Shown: positions 33,524-43,879, counted from the stretch's first letter. The stretch: 64,000 nucleotides of DNA from Micavibrio aeruginosavorus (GCA_003241475.1 QFQB01000001.1:24997-88996); one strand, 5' to 3'. Numbers and translations are program-made. The notes: generated by a model not told the origin, from the letters alone.

Positions 33524-34768
33524 ATGGAAGACGAACAGGACGACAAGCATCAGGGCCAGTTTTCCCTTTTCGAAGGCGATCTTGTCAACCGCGCCTTCGC
33601 CAAGCTGGGCATAGGCGCAAGAAAGCCTCTGGATCTTTTGGCCCGCATTGTTCTTCTCATCGGAATAACATGGTGTCCGATGGCTGTGATGGCGTCTTTT
33701 ACGGTCATCCCTGATGCTCTTCCCGAAGACGCCAGGATTGCGATGAATTTTTTCTATGATTTCGCGGCCTACACGCAATTCTTTATCGGTTTGCCGCTGT
33801 TCATCATCGCCGAGAAGATTCTGTCCGACAACATCCTTGCCGCCGCCCGCGATTTTGAAGGATCGGGCATTGTTTCCGCGCAGGATCGACCCAAACTTCG
33901 CGCGATAGAAGACGAGGTCGCCAGATTGCGCCGCAAGGCTTCCCCTGAAATTATCTGTTTCATCATCGCTTTTGTTCTGTCCTTGATGACCATAGGGCCG
34001 GAGCTGTTCTGGCCGGGCGACGCCATGCAGACATGGCACGTGGCCAAGGACCCGGTTTCCCATGCCCGCAATTTCACCATGACGGGAGCATGGGAAACTT
34101 TTGTAGCGCTACCGATCCAGATTTTCTGGTGGGTGCGCTGGATTTGGAAGATCGGTCTTTGGTATTGGTACCTGCGCCAAGTGTCCAAATTCAAACTGGT
34201 ATTGGTGGCGTCCCATCCGGACCACACCGGCGGAATAGGGTTTCTAAGCGAAACGCAAGCCAAATTCGCTATCGTCATCCTTGCCTTCGGCGTGAGCAAC
34301 ATCGTTTCCACCATCGGGTATAAAATCGCCGTAGAGCATGCGCCGCTGGATCTTCCGCCTGTTTGGGGACCGGTCGTAGGCTTTGTCATCGGCGCGCCGC
34401 TGATCTTTCTTTCACCCCTGCTGCTGTTTACCAAACAGCTCGCCCGCACCAAAAAGCGCGCCATGGACCAGTTTCGTGAACGCGCCATGGCCGCGGCTTT
34501 GCGCGTAGAGGAGCAGTGGCTCAATTCCAGATGTGCCAACGATGAATGCGATGTAAACGCCCGCGGCGAATTGTCGCAATTGAATCTCCTGAGCGGTTTT
34601 TACGACCGCATCCACGGCATGCGTGTCATTCCATTCGATTTGCGCTCTGCGCTACAGTTGACAGGATCGGCCGTTGGCCCGATGATCCCGCTGCTTCCGT
34701 ATTTCGTGAAATTGCCGGAGCCTTGGCAAGCGATTTTGGAAGCCATGACCAAATGGCTGCCGCACTGA
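33524..34768 (+). CDS. hypothetical multi-pass membrane protein
   Basis: 414 aa with several hydrophobic segments (IVLLIGITWCPMAVMASF, FFIGLPLFIIAE, IICFIIAFVLSLMTIG, FAIVILAFGVSNIVSTIG, VVGFVIGAPLIFLSPLLLF). I recognise no family. Confidence 0.6.
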   Translation: MEDEQDDKHQGQFSLFEGDLVNRAFAKLGIGARKPLDLLARIVLLIGITWCPMAVMASFTVIPDALPEDARIAMNFFYDFAAYTQFFIGLPLFIIAEKILSDNILAAARDFEGSGIVSAQDRPKLRAIEDEVARLRRKASPEIICFIIAFVLSLMTIGPELFWPGDAMQTWHVAKDPVSHARNFTMTGAWETFVALPIQIFWWVRWIWKIGLWYWYLRQVSKFKLVLVASHPDHTGGIGFLSETQAKFAIVILAFGVSNIVSTIGYKIAVEHAPLDLPPVWGPVVGFVIGAPLIFLSPLLLFTKQLARTKKRAMDQFRERAMAAALRVEEQWLNSRCANDECDVNARGELSQLNLLSGFYDRIHGMRVIPFDLRSALQLTGSAVGPMIPLLPYFVKLPEPWQAILEAMTKWLPH

Positions 34769-34786
34769 TCTTGTGAAGGAATCCCC

Positions 34787-35953
34787 GTGACTGAATTTAT
34801 CATCCTTATGGCATCGCTGATGTCTATCGTCGCCATCTCTATCGATGCGATGATGCCCGCTCTCGGAATCATGGGCGGTGACCTGAATGTCGCCTTTCCC
34901 AATCAGGTGCAGTTCATTATTGTCTTTATTTTCGTAGGCATGGGGATCGGCGAACTGTTCTTCGGTCCGCTGTCCGATGCCATCGGACGAAAGAAAGTTT
35001 TATATTGCGGGTTTGCCATTTATATTCTGGGTAGCCTCGTTTGTTATCTCGCGCACGATATCGATATGTTGCTTGTGGGCCGCGTTATTCAGGGGATCGG
35101 CGTGTCGGCCCCCTATGTGACGGCCGTGGCCATCGTGCGCGACAAGTTTTCCGGCAATGAAATGGCCCGCATCATGTCGCTTGTGATGATGATCTTTATA
35201 CTCGTGCCGGCAATCGCGCCTATGATCGGCCAAGGGCTTTTGTTCATTGCATCATGGCGCGCACTCTTCATTCTCTACATCGTGATGGCGCTCGCTCTGT
35301 CTGTGTGGGTCTATTTCCGGCTGGAAGAAACATTGCACCCTGAAGACAAAATCCCGTTCAGCATGAAGGCCATTTTCCATGGCTTCGGAATCGTTTTTAA
35401 AACCCGCGTGACGGTTTGCTATACTCTCGCCATGGGGCTGTGTTTCGGAAGTTTCTTCGGCTACCTGAATTCCTGCCAGCAAATATTTATGGAGCGCTAT
35501 GCCGTCGGCACTGATTTTTCGCTCTATTTCGGCGGTCTCGCGCTGGTGCTCGGCGCGGCCAGTCTTTTCAACTCTCGTATCGTGAAAAAATTCACGCTTC
35601 CCGCTATTTGCGCCTGGTCCACGATGGGCATCATCGCGGCATCATCGCTCTTTCTCGTTGTGAATTTGCTGATGGATGTGCCGGTCTGGATGTTTGTTGC
35701 GTATGCAGGAGCTGTCTTTTTTGCCTTCGGTTTATTGTTCGGCAATCTTAATGCCGTCGCTATGGAACCTATGGGACATCTCGCAGGTATTGCCGCCGCT
35801 GTCACTGGGGCTATGACGTCGGCCATGTCCACGGTCGCAGGTTCGGTTATTGGCCAGATGTATGACGGTACACTGATGCCGGTGGCCGCAGGATTTCTGG
35901 TACTGAACATCTTTTCCTTGATTGCAATCAAGTTTGGCAATCTGGAGCGCTGA
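34787..35953 (+). CDS. MFS transporter, Bcr/CflA drug-resistance subfamily
   Basis: GTG start with GAAGGA 6 nt upstream. 12-TM layout, DAMMPALGIMGGDL near the N-terminus and the MFS loop GPLSDAIGRKKV. Confidence 0.85.
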   Translation: MTEFIILMASLMSIVAISIDAMMPALGIMGGDLNVAFPNQVQFIIVFIFVGMGIGELFFGPLSDAIGRKKVLYCGFAIYILGSLVCYLAHDIDMLLVGRVIQGIGVSAPYVTAVAIVRDKFSGNEMARIMSLVMMIFILVPAIAPMIGQGLLFIASWRALFILYIVMALALSVWVYFRLEETLHPEDKIPFSMKAIFHGFGIVFKTRVTVCYTLAMGLCFGSFFGYLNSCQQIFMERYAVGTDFSLYFGGLALVLGAASLFNSRIVKKFTLPAICAWSTMGIIAASSLFLVVNLLMDVPVWMFVAYAGAVFFAFGLLFGNLNAVAMEPMGHLAGIAAAVTGAMTSAMSTVAGSVIGQMYDGTLMPVAAGFLVLNIFSLIAIKFGNLER

Positions 35954-35969
35954 TATGTTTTTGGAAAAT

Positions 35970-36045
<76 letters not shown>

Positions 36046-36103
36046 ACGAATGAAGAAAGTCTGGTAGCGGGGAAAATAGGGAAGTTTCTTCATAGTATCA
36101 AGC

Positions 36104-36134
36104 AAAAAAACGGCCCCCGTTTCCGAAAGGCCGT
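36104..36134 (-). terminator. putative intrinsic terminator after mscL
   Basis: Minus strand reads ACGGCC-(13 nt)-GGCCGT followed by TTTTTTT, 22 nt after the mscL stop. The stem is short and the loop large. Confidence 0.45.
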
Positions 36135-36156
36135 CTTGTTAAGTAATTGGTAGAAT

Positions 36157-36561
36157 TTATTTTTTCAAAAGATCGCGGATTTCCGTAAGCAGCTTAATAT
36201 CAGCGGGAGCTTCTTCTGGCGTGGCTTCAACCTTTTTCTTCAGGCGGTTCACGTTTTTTACCAGAATGAACACCACGAAGGAAACGATCAGGAAGTTGAT
36301 GGCGACATTGATGAATTGACCGTAGGTCACAACGGCGGCGCCTGCGTCCTTGGCGGCCTTCAGGTTGGCATAACTCTCGCCGTTCAGGGCGATGAAATAA
36401 TCAGAGAAATCAACGCCAGCCATGATGGCACCGATGATAGGCATGACAAGGTCGCCGACCACGGAATTAACGACGGCGGTAAAAGCTGTCCCGATGATGA
36501 TACCGACGGCAAGGTCGATCACATTTCCGCGGGCGATAAATTCCTTAAATTCCTTGATCAT
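36157..36561 (-). CDS. mscL: large-conductance mechanosensitive channel
   Basis: From ATG 36559-36561: MIKEFKEFIARGNVIDLAVGIIIGTAFTAVVNSVVGDLVMPIIG, the canonical MscL N-terminus; 134 aa. Confidence 0.95.
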   Translation of the reverse strand: MIKEFKEFIARGNVIDLAVGIIIGTAFTAVVNSVVGDLVMPIIGAIMAGVDFSDYFIALNGESYANLKAAKDAGAAVVTYGQFINVAINFLIVSFVVFILVKNVNRLKKKVEATPEEAPADIKLLTEIRDLLKK

Positions 36562-36595
36562 AAGCACTGGTCCCTTGACTGTTTGATGTGAGCCT

Positions 36596-36624
36596 ACCAT
36601 AGAAGGCGGTCTTTAAACGGTCAA
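36596..36624 (-). promoter_or_regulatory. candidate sigma-70-type promoter for mscL
   Basis: Minus strand reads TTGACC-N17-TATGGT (-35 at 36619-36624, -10 at 36596-36601), about 35 nt upstream of the mscL ATG. Confidence 0.35.
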
Positions 36625-36656
36625 GATGGAGAAAAATTACTTTCGAAAAGAGATTT

Positions 36657-38129
36657 TTAAAAATAGTGGCTGGTTTGCTCGCCGGTGTGTTTGTCCCATA
36701 CCATCTTTTTTCGATAAATGGTTGATGGGGATATTTCCAGAAGCGCTGCGGCTTTGGGAATATTGCCTTCGCACAATGCAATGGCATTTTCTATGGCGGT
36801 TCGCTCCACTTTCCACAAGGGCCGTACATTGTCTTCGTCTTCTTTTAAGTGGGGAAACTGGGACTGTAAAAAGGTATTTTGTGGCTGTGAAGATTCCGTC
36901 TCACGTAGCAAATTCATGGGAAGCATGGGAGCCGTCACATAGCGGCCTTCGTGAAGAACGGCAATTCCTCGTACAATATTCTGAAGCTGGCGCACATTTC
37001 CCGGCCAGGAGAAATTGGTCAGCACGTTTTCTGCATCTTGCGCAAAAGATTTGAAAGATTTTCCCTCTTCACGTGCGTACTGTTTCAAGAAATAATCGGC
37101 TAGATCGATAATATCGGTTTTGCGCACCCGCAATGGGGGCATATGGATCGGGATAACATGCAGGCGGTAATACAAGTCTTGCCGTAAATTTCCGGCACGG
37201 ATTTCAGCGATAGGATCGCGGTTCGTGGCACAAACAATACGGACGTTTGCGCGTTCCATCTTGCCGCCACCGACTTTTCGATAAGTTAAGTTTTGTAAAA
37301 AGCGGAGCAGTTTTGTCTGCATTTCCGGTGCCATTTCAGCGATCTCATCTAAGAACAATGTTCCGCCGTTTGCTTGTCCGACAGCGCCCTCACGTTCTGT
37401 GAAGGCGCCCGTGAAGGCACCTTTCATATGACCGAAAAGTTCAGATTCAAGTAACTCGCGCGGGATGGCGGCGCAGTTGATGGCGATGAAAGGTTCATTT
37501 GCGCGACGGGAATAACGGTGGATCGCCTCGGCGCAGATTTCCTTGCCTGTTCCAGATTCTCCCGTGATAAAAACGGTGGCGCTGGACTTCGCGGCGCTTT
37601 CGATCACGTCATAGACAAGTTGCATCGGCGGAGAGATGCCAATGAAACCACCAAAGCCTGTGCGGGTTGGCGCGACAGCGCCTTTGTTTTCAGTTTCAGG
37701 TGCTTTCGCATCAAGATCTTCTTCCGCGAGGCTGATTTCCGCTTTTGTTGCAAGTCCTGTCGCATCAAGAGCGCGGGAAACGCTCTCGGTCAAACGTTCA
37801 AGCGAGAAGGGTTTGACAATGAAGTCCGTCGCCCCAAGGCGCATAGCTTCCACCGCCATGTGGATCGAGCCATGTCCTGTGATGATGATGACGGGAGCAT
37901 CAAACGCGCGCTCCTTCAACCTAGCAAGCATTTGAAGGCCGTCCATATCGGGGAGTTTGACGTCGAGAATGAGAAGATCTGGTGCGAAGGAATCTGTTTC
38001 GAGTATGTGAAAACATTCAGTCCCCGAATAGGCGATCGTAACCTGATATCCCTCAGCTCCGAGCGCCAGCGCATACATTTCGGCTAGGGCTTTTGTATCA
38101 TCGACCAGAACGATATGTCGTTTGTCCAT
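36657..38129 (-). CDS. NtrC-family sigma-54-dependent response regulator
   Basis: From ATG 38127-38129 (MDKRHIVLVDD). Receiver domain with LILDVKLPDMDG; AAA+ sigma-54 interaction domain (GESGTGKE, ESELFGHMKGAFTGA, LFLDEIAEM, RIVCATNRD, FREDLYYRL-like LRQDLYYRL); C-terminal Fis-type HTH (GNIPKAAALLEISPSTIYRK). Confidence 0.9.
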   Translation of the reverse strand: MDKRHIVLVDDTKALAEMYALALGAEGYQVTIAYSGTECFHILETDSFAPDLLILDVKLPDMDGLQMLARLKERAFDAPVIIITGHGSIHMAVEAMRLGATDFIVKPFSLERLTESVSRALDATGLATKAEISLAEEDLDAKAPETENKGAVAPTRTGFGGFIGISPPMQLVYDVIESAAKSSATVFITGESGTGKEICAEAIHRYSRRANEPFIAINCAAIPRELLESELFGHMKGAFTGAFTEREGAVGQANGGTLFLDEIAEMAPEMQTKLLRFLQNLTYRKVGGGKMERANVRIVCATNRDPIAEIRAGNLRQDLYYRLHVIPIHMPPLRVRKTDIIDLADYFLKQYAREEGKSFKSFAQDAENVLTNFSWPGNVRQLQNIVRGIAVLHEGRYVTAPMLPMNLLRETESSQPQNTFLQSQFPHLKEDEDNVRPLWKVERTAIENAIALCEGNIPKAAALLEISPSTIYRKKMVWDKHTGEQTSHYF

Positions 38130-38230
38130 GTATAAGTTCTTCTCCTGACGAATAAACCGGCCCCGCAGATACAACTTATGATTTTATTATGCGCGTTGCA
38201 TCCGTTATCTCAAATTTAATACAAATGTAT

Positions 38231-38277
38231 ATCCAAAAGATTAAAGCCCCGCAGATATTCCTATCCAACGGGGCTTT
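38231..38277 (-). terminator. hairpin downstream of the BI-1 gene (possible terminator)
   Basis: AAAGCCCCG-(17 nt)-CGGGGCTTT (38243-38277). On the minus strand it is followed by AATCTTTTGG. The 9-bp stem is solid but the loop is long and the U-tract weak. Confidence 0.4.
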
Positions 38278-38323
38278 GATAAATATGCACGTATGCAGTT
38301 TTTAGTTGTGCGCCGCAAAATTC

Positions 38324-39049
38324 CTAGTTGCGGTTGCCCAGCAGGTGAAGAATATACTGGAACATTGCGATGAAGCTGACGTACAGGTTCAAGGCGGCAC
38401 TCCAGGCGGCACGAGAGTTCGCGTCCACACCATACGAGGCACGGTACATTTCCTTCGTGGTCTGGGTTTGGTAGGCCGTCATGCCCGAGAAGGCCAGAAG
38501 ACCGATGCCCGAAATAATGGTTTGCATCATCGACGTTTGAACGCCGAACATTGCTGTAATCATCGTGCCGATGGACAAAATAAACACGCCCATGATCGCC
38601 ATGACGGAAAAGGTGCCGAGCGCATCGAGATTTTTCTTGGTCGTATAGCCAAAGATGCTAAGGCCTGCGAACAACGCTGTCGCCATAAAGAAGGCTTGGG
38701 CAATGCTCGGAAGTTTATAAAGCACAAAAATGCTGGCGAAGCTGATCCCGTACAGGATCGACAGAACGCCGAAAGAAAGCATCAGCTGTTTCGGCGCCAT
38801 GCGTTCGGGGCGAAAGCCGAACCACAAAACGGCCAGCGGCGCGAAGACCACGATGTACATTTGCGGGCCACCCAGGAAGAAATTCAAAAGCGCAGGGCTG
38901 TTGCCGACAATCCATGCCGTGACGGCGGTCAAAAGAACGCCTACCGTCATGCGGTTATAGACGCTCTGCATGTGGTTTTTCAGGCCGACATCCACATTCG
39001 CGCCAGCGCGCGTTACGGAAGATTGATAGCCGAAATTGTCAGGTTGCAT
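38324..39049 (-). CDS. BAX inhibitor-1 / YccA family membrane protein
   Basis: 241 aa with seven hydrophobic segments. The N-terminal LKNHMQSVYNRMTVGVLLTAV and the C-terminal ...ALNLYVSFIAMFQYILHLLGNRN are typical of the family. Confidence 0.85.
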   Translation of the reverse strand: MQPDNFGYQSSVTRAGANVDVGLKNHMQSVYNRMTVGVLLTAVTAWIVGNSPALLNFFLGGPQMYIVVFAPLAVLWFGFRPERMAPKQLMLSFGVLSILYGISFASIFVLYKLPSIAQAFFMATALFAGLSIFGYTTKKNLDALGTFSVMAIMGVFILSIGTMITAMFGVQTSMMQTIISGIGLLAFSGMTAYQTQTTKEMYRASYGVDANSRAAWSAALNLYVSFIAMFQYILHLLGNRN

Positions 39050-39258
39050 GGTTTCTCTTCTCCATTGTTAAAACCGTGTCTTTGGTACGGTTATATATAA
39101 AGTGATTTTACCAGATTTCAAAGCCCCATGCGCGAAAATCGTAAAAACCCTTTAAAAACAGGCTTAAATCCGATTCTTGTACGCAACGGGCGGATTTTCT
39201 GATATAAATCGAATTAACGATAAAACTACATAAAAAGACTACAAAACAGGGAGAGTAA

Positions 39259-39897
39259 ATGACTTTAAGCCTCAAGGGCCGCTTTGCAAAAGCGGTCGCC
39301 GGGGTTGCTATTGCTATGAGCCTAGCAGCCTGCCAATCCACCGCCGATATCAATGCAAAACCCGATATCATCAATGGTATGACCGAAGATGCGATTGCTC
39401 TATGCGATCAACAAAAGAGTGCTTCGGATGAGATGCCTTATGAAACGCGTCTTCGCAATGTGCTGTCGGAAGTGTCGCCTTCCACGCTACGGTATTTCAA
39501 GGAAAACAAGATTACTATCTGTCTTGATAAAAGACTGGGTTCCTTGCAAACCTCGGGAATGGAAAGTACGCCGATCGCAATCTACTATCCGTCACAAAAA
39601 AATCCTGTTCTGACCCTTCGCGACAACGGCAAGAATACGGAAGTCAGCCGTTTCATGAGCTGGGATGCCAGTACATTTTCTTCAACAACGACAAGCAAAT
39701 TTACAGGAGCCTATGGTGGATTTTGGGGGACCGAAACACCCGCGGCCAAAACTGGCGAGCGCATGATTTCCTATCGCGGCGGATGCGGCAAAGGCTGCAC
39801 CACCAGCCATTGGGTCAAGGAAAGCAACTGGCGCATGTTCGGCGGGGGTTTTCAGCACGCTTCCGTGGACAGGCCGCCTATCCTATCGGTGAATTAG
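39259..39897 (+). CDS. hypothetical lipoprotein
   Basis: Signal and lipobox AIAMSLAACQ; 212 aa; no recognisable family. Its stop overlaps the convergent htpX-like stop. Confidence 0.6.
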   Translation: MTLSLKGRFAKAVAGVAIAMSLAACQSTADINAKPDIINGMTEDAIALCDQQKSASDEMPYETRLRNVLSEVSPSTLRYFKENKITICLDKRLGSLQTSGMESTPIAIYYPSQKNPVLTLRDNGKNTEVSRFMSWDASTFSSTTTSKFTGAYGGFWGTETPAAKTGERMISYRGGCGKGCTTSHWVKESNWRMFGGGFQHASVDRPPILSVN

Positions 39898-41018
39898 GCC
39901 CACGGATTTCCCGTACGCCGGGATTTATAGCGCGTCCGCGTCGCCCAATTGTCCCGCGGCGGCGCGGGACGGCCGAAGGCATCATTTTCTTCGGCCCGCA
40001 ATTTCGGACGCAGATCGGGAACGGGCAGACCGGAGTAATCGGCGATGGCCTTGAGCCGCGATTGAATGGGCGGATGCGTGGCAAACAATCCCATAAACGC
40101 GCGCGGGTTTTCAAAGCACATGGCGCGGATATCATCGGGCGCCATGGGGATTTCGGAAGTACCGGAGATGCGGATCAATGCGCGCATCATCGCTTCGGGA
40201 TTTTTGGTGATTTTTATCGCACCGGCATCAGCCATATATTCGCGGTTTCGTGAGATGGCAAAACGCGCCAGCAAAGTCGCCATATAGCCGAGCCATAAAA
40301 GCGCCGCCAACGAAAACAAAAGCATCATCCCGCCGCCGCGTTGCCTGCCGTCGCCGGATCTCGGAAAATATAGTCCGTATCGTATATTGCTCCATACAAG
40401 TTGCGCCGATATTCCAAACATGCCCGTAAAGACAACACACACCATCATCAGGCGAACATCGCGGTTCAGAATATGTGTGAGCTCGTGCGCCAGAACGCCT
40501 TCTAGCTCATCCTTTGCAAGAGATTGTAACAATCCGCGCGTAACAGTGATGCAATAGCTGTCTTCATTGATGCCGCTGGCAAAGGCATTACGCGCATGCG
40601 TTTCGACGATTTCAATACGTGGCATGGACGTGCCGGAGGCTATGCAGAGATTTTCGACAAGATTATAAAGTTCCGGTTCGTCCTTGCGGTTGATGCTGTG
40701 CGATTTTGCCATGGCGCGGATCATCATGCCTTGAAAAAAATAGGCAATCACGAACCACACGGCCACAATGGTCAGTACGGTAGGCCAGTATTGCTGAGTG
40801 ACGAAAGAGGCGTATTGAACCGCGCTCTGCCATGTCGATTGCACATGGTCATCGGCATATCCAAGGGCGTGACCGCTTAAAAAGCCGTAGACCATGACAG
40901 CGGCAAACAAGACGGCGCCGAGTATGAAAGGATAAAGGGCTAGAACAACTAATGATTTTATATTGTTGTTCCAGATGGAGGTCTGAAGGCCTGTAACAGG
41001 CGCGGTTTGTTCGTTCAT
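39894..41018 (-). CDS. htpX: M48-family zinc metalloprotease (HtpX-like)
   Basis: Four TM segments, HELTHILNRD (HExxH) and downstream NREYMADAGA. Sits immediately downstream of lemA, a common pairing. Confidence 0.8.
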   Translation of the reverse strand: MNEQTAPVTGLQTSIWNNNIKSLVVLALYPFILGAVLFAAVMVYGFLSGHALGYADDHVQSTWQSAVQYASFVTQQYWPTVLTIVAVWFVIAYFFQGMMIRAMAKSHSINRKDEPELYNLVENLCIASGTSMPRIEIVETHARNAFASGINEDSYCITVTRGLLQSLAKDELEGVLAHELTHILNRDVRLMMVCVVFTGMFGISAQLVWSNIRYGLYFPRSGDGRQRGGGMMLLFSLAALLWLGYMATLLARFAISRNREYMADAGAIKITKNPEAMMRALIRISGTSEIPMAPDDIRAMCFENPRAFMGLFATHPPIQSRLKAIADYSGLPVPDLRPKLRAEENDAFGRPAPPRDNWATRTRYKSRRTGNPWA

Positions 41019-41021
41019 TCC

Positions 41022-41585
41022 TTAAAATTTCACTTCAGGCGCCTTTTCCAGCGTTGCGCGGTCGATTGAAGAATCCTCATAAAACAATTCCGGCTTGAAG
41101 TTTTTGCAGCCGGCAACCATGCTCGCCGGGAATTGTTGTATCATTGTATTGTATTCGGATGTTGCATTGTTGAAAAAACGGCGCGCGGCGGCGATTTTAT
41201 TTTCAACATCGGCCAACTCGTCCATCAACTGCCGGAAATGAATATCAGCTTTCAACGCAGGATAATTTTCGGCCACGGAATAAAGGTCCACAAGAGCGCT
41301 CCCTAAACGTTGTTCTGCGCCAAGACGCGCGCGGTCAACGCCGGACTTTCCGGTTACGCCAGCCCTGGCCTGTGTAACGCTATCCAGAACGTCTTTTTCG
41401 TGGGTGGCATAACCTTTGACAGATTCTACAAGCTGAGGGACCAAGTCATAACGTTGCTTAAGTTGCACATCTATGTCCGCAAAGGCGTTTTTGCGGTTTT
41501 GCTGCAGATAGACCATGCGGTTGAACAGGCCGATGCAATACAGCAAAACAAGAAGCGGCAAACCGATGACAAGAAGAAATTCCAT
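41022..41585 (-). CDS. lemA: LemA family protein
   Basis: From ATG 41583-41585: MEFLLVIGLPLLVLLYCIGLFNRMVYLQQNRKNAFADIDVQLKQRYDLVPQLVESVKGYATHEKDVL, the canonical LemA signature. The ORF-track start 41816 adds 77 non-conserved aa. Confidence 0.88.
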   Translation of the reverse strand: MEFLLVIGLPLLVLLYCIGLFNRMVYLQQNRKNAFADIDVQLKQRYDLVPQLVESVKGYATHEKDVLDSVTQARAGVTGKSGVDRARLGAEQRLGSALVDLYSVAENYPALKADIHFRQLMDELADVENKIAAARRFFNNATSEYNTMIQQFPASMVAGCKNFKPELFYEDSSIDRATLEKAPEVKF

Positions 41586-41691
41586 AGAAATGCTCCATAA
41601 GGGACGATGGTTTTCGGGGGGCATAGTAGCAGAATTCGGCCCGGCGCAATAGGCAATTGAAGCCTTTTGATAAGTGCTTATACTATGAGGG

Positions 41692-42918
41692 ATGAGCGTA
41701 GCAACATCGACCCATTTCACCTGCGCATCGGCCAGCGGCGAAAACTGGCGGGATATTTGCAAGATTGTGCTGGAGCAACTTGAATCCGTGCGCACAGACG
41801 GGTTTCGTCCCAACATCGGCTTTCTTTATATGACGGACGATCTCGCGGCCGATGCGTCAAGCATTCTGACATTGGTTCGTTCCGTTACCGGCGTACGGCA
41901 TTGGTCGGGTTGCGCGGCGCTGGGGATATGTGGTGTGGGTGTGGAATATATCGACAAGTCCGCGATCAGCATCATGATCGGACAAATAGAGAGCGAGGAT
42001 TTCAGGGAGTTTCATGTTGCAACTCCCCGTTTTAAAAATTTGCAACAATCTTTAGAACCTTGGCTGAACAAGCACGACCCTATGCTGGTTTATCTCCATG
42101 CAGATCCCGCACAGGAAAGCCATCCGATGCAGACAATAGAAGAGGTGGAAGCTCTGACAGGCGGGTTTATGGTAGGCGGATTTGCTTCCTCTCGTACGCA
42201 GACGGCTTTGGTTTCAGGTGACATCATGAATGCAGGAGCAAGCGGATTTGTCTTCTCGCAGGCCGCTACTGTTGCCACTGCGCTTTCGCAAGGATGCATT
42301 CCAATGGGCCCTTTGCGTGAAATTTCGGCTATGGGTGAGCATGTGGTTTCTTATCTTGAGGGAAGATCAGCGTTCGAAGTGTTCAGCGACGATATGAAGG
42401 CTATGAGCGAGAAGCGTCTTGGTTATTCTGCGGATGATGTTTTGCTACACGGGGAGGGTGCCGTACCGCAAAATTTGCTACAACTTTTGAACGGTGAAAC
42501 GCATGTGGCTTTTCCCGTTGCGGGCACGGACGTTGGCGATTTCATGGTGCGCAATATTATGGCCATCGACCCCGAACAAGGTATCATTGCCGTTGGTGAG
42601 ACGATCGAGAACGGACAAAAAATGATGTTCGTTTACCGCGACGACGAAACGGTGCGAACGGATTTAGCGGCTACGCTTGTCGCTTTGAGAGCTCGTGTGC
42701 TGCACGAGCATGGCCGGTTTTCTCCCAAAGCTGCGCTTTATGTTTCCTGCGTTGCCCGCACGGCTACGGATTTCGAAAAAAACGGGCAAAGCGGCGGCGA
42801 GATGAAGATGATCCGCGAAATTCTGGGAGATATTCCGATCGCTGGGTTTTATGCCAATGGCGAGATTTCCGGCGGACGCCTTTATAGCTATACAGGAATA
42901 CTGACTCTTTTTCTGTAA
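41692..42918 (+). CDS. FIST-domain sensory protein
   Basis: 408 aa. N-terminal ...PNIGFLYMTDDLAADASSIL..., GCAALGICG, and C-terminal GFYANGEISGGRLYSYTGILTLF resemble FIST_N/FIST_C as I remember them. Confidence 0.65.
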   Translation: MSVATSTHFTCASASGENWRDICKIVLEQLESVRTDGFRPNIGFLYMTDDLAADASSILTLVRSVTGVRHWSGCAALGICGVGVEYIDKSAISIMIGQIESEDFREFHVATPRFKNLQQSLEPWLNKHDPMLVYLHADPAQESHPMQTIEEVEALTGGFMVGGFASSRTQTALVSGDIMNAGASGFVFSQAATVATALSQGCIPMGPLREISAMGEHVVSYLEGRSAFEVFSDDMKAMSEKRLGYSADDVLLHGEGAVPQNLLQLLNGETHVAFPVAGTDVGDFMVRNIMAIDPEQGIIAVGETIENGQKMMFVYRDDETVRTDLAATLVALRARVLHEHGRFSPKAALYVSCVARTATDFEKNGQSGGEMKMIREILGDIPIAGFYANGEISGGRLYSYTGILTLFL

Positions 42919-43006
42919 AGACAAGAGGGCAAGGCTAACTTTGATCTTTGCGCGTTCCTTGTCGTACGATAGATTGACACATCTGTTTCAATAAAGGATC
43001 GGTCCG

Positions 43007-43879
43007 ATGCGCCTTTTCAAGATTTTATCCCTGCTTACCCTTACACTTGTTTTAGCGGCGCCCGCTTATGCGCAAAGCAAAAAGACGCAAGGCATACCGG
43101 ACGTCCCTGATGCCTTGCAATCGCTGGCGGATCGGGGGGCGCAATTCCGCTATTTGGGCAACGAGCATGGCATGGACGGCTGGATCGCCATTTATCAGGG
43201 ACAGGAGCAATATTATTATATCACCCAAGATAAAAAGGCTTTTGTCACCGGACTGATGTTTGCCGATGACGGTCGTCCAATCACGATCGATCAGGTTAAA
43301 ACGTTGCAGGCGGCTGGTGGCGATGTGTTGGATCTTTTGGCTGAAGACAAGACGCCGGAAGAAACGTCGACCCCAACGTCCGTGGTTGAATCTGCCGCCA
43401 TGAAAACGCCGGCCGAGCGGATGTTCGGCGATGTCGAGGCCAGCAACTGGATTCGTCTTGGCTCCGAAGACGCGCCCGCGATCTACAGCTTCGTCGATCC
43501 GAACTGTCCGCACTGCCATGACTTCCTGAACGATATTCGCCAAAAAGACTACCTCGCAAAAAATGTTTTGCAGGTCCGCATCATTCCTGTCGGTTTCCAG
43601 ACAGGCTCGCTGGCGCAGGCCTCTTTCCTGCTCGCCTCGCCGGACGCGCAAGAGCGTTATTTCAAATATCTGGACGGAGACAAGGATCAGCTTCCGGCCA
43701 AGAGCGATATCTCGACGCAGGCGGTCCAGAAAAACATGGCCTTGATGCAGGCCTGGAAATTTAACGTTACGCCATTGACCGTCTACCGCTCAAAATCCGG
43801 TGAGATCAAGATTGTCCGCGGCCGCGCCAAAGACCTGAACGCGATCATCTCCGACCTGCAGGCGCCCAAGGCCCCGTAG
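43007..43879 (+). CDS. periplasmic thiol:disulfide interchange protein (DsbC/DsbG or conjugative TrbB-like)
   Basis: Signal peptide ...VLAAPAYA-Q, an N-terminal dimerisation-like domain and a thioredoxin fold with DPNCPHCHDF (CxxC). Confidence 0.7.
   Translation: MRLFKILSLLTLTLVLAAPAYAQSKKTQGIPDVPDALQSLADRGAQFRYLGNEHGMDGWIAIYQGQEQYYYITQDKKAFVTGLMFADDGRPITIDQVKTLQAAGGDVLDLLAEDKTPEETSTPTSVVESAAMKTPAERMFGDVEASNWIRLGSEDAPAIYSFVDPNCPHCHDFLNDIRQKDYLAKNVLQVRIIPVGFQTGSLAQASFLLASPDAQERYFKYLDGDKDQLPAKSDISTQAVQKNMALMQAWKFNVTPLTVYRSKSGEIKIVRGRAKDLNAIISDLQAPKAP

Noticed and set aside
39894-39897. 4-nt overlap of the convergent stop codons of the lipoprotein gene and the htpX-like gene
   Set aside because: The overlap is real (TTAG read on both strands), but it is a common compaction feature with no evident functional implication.
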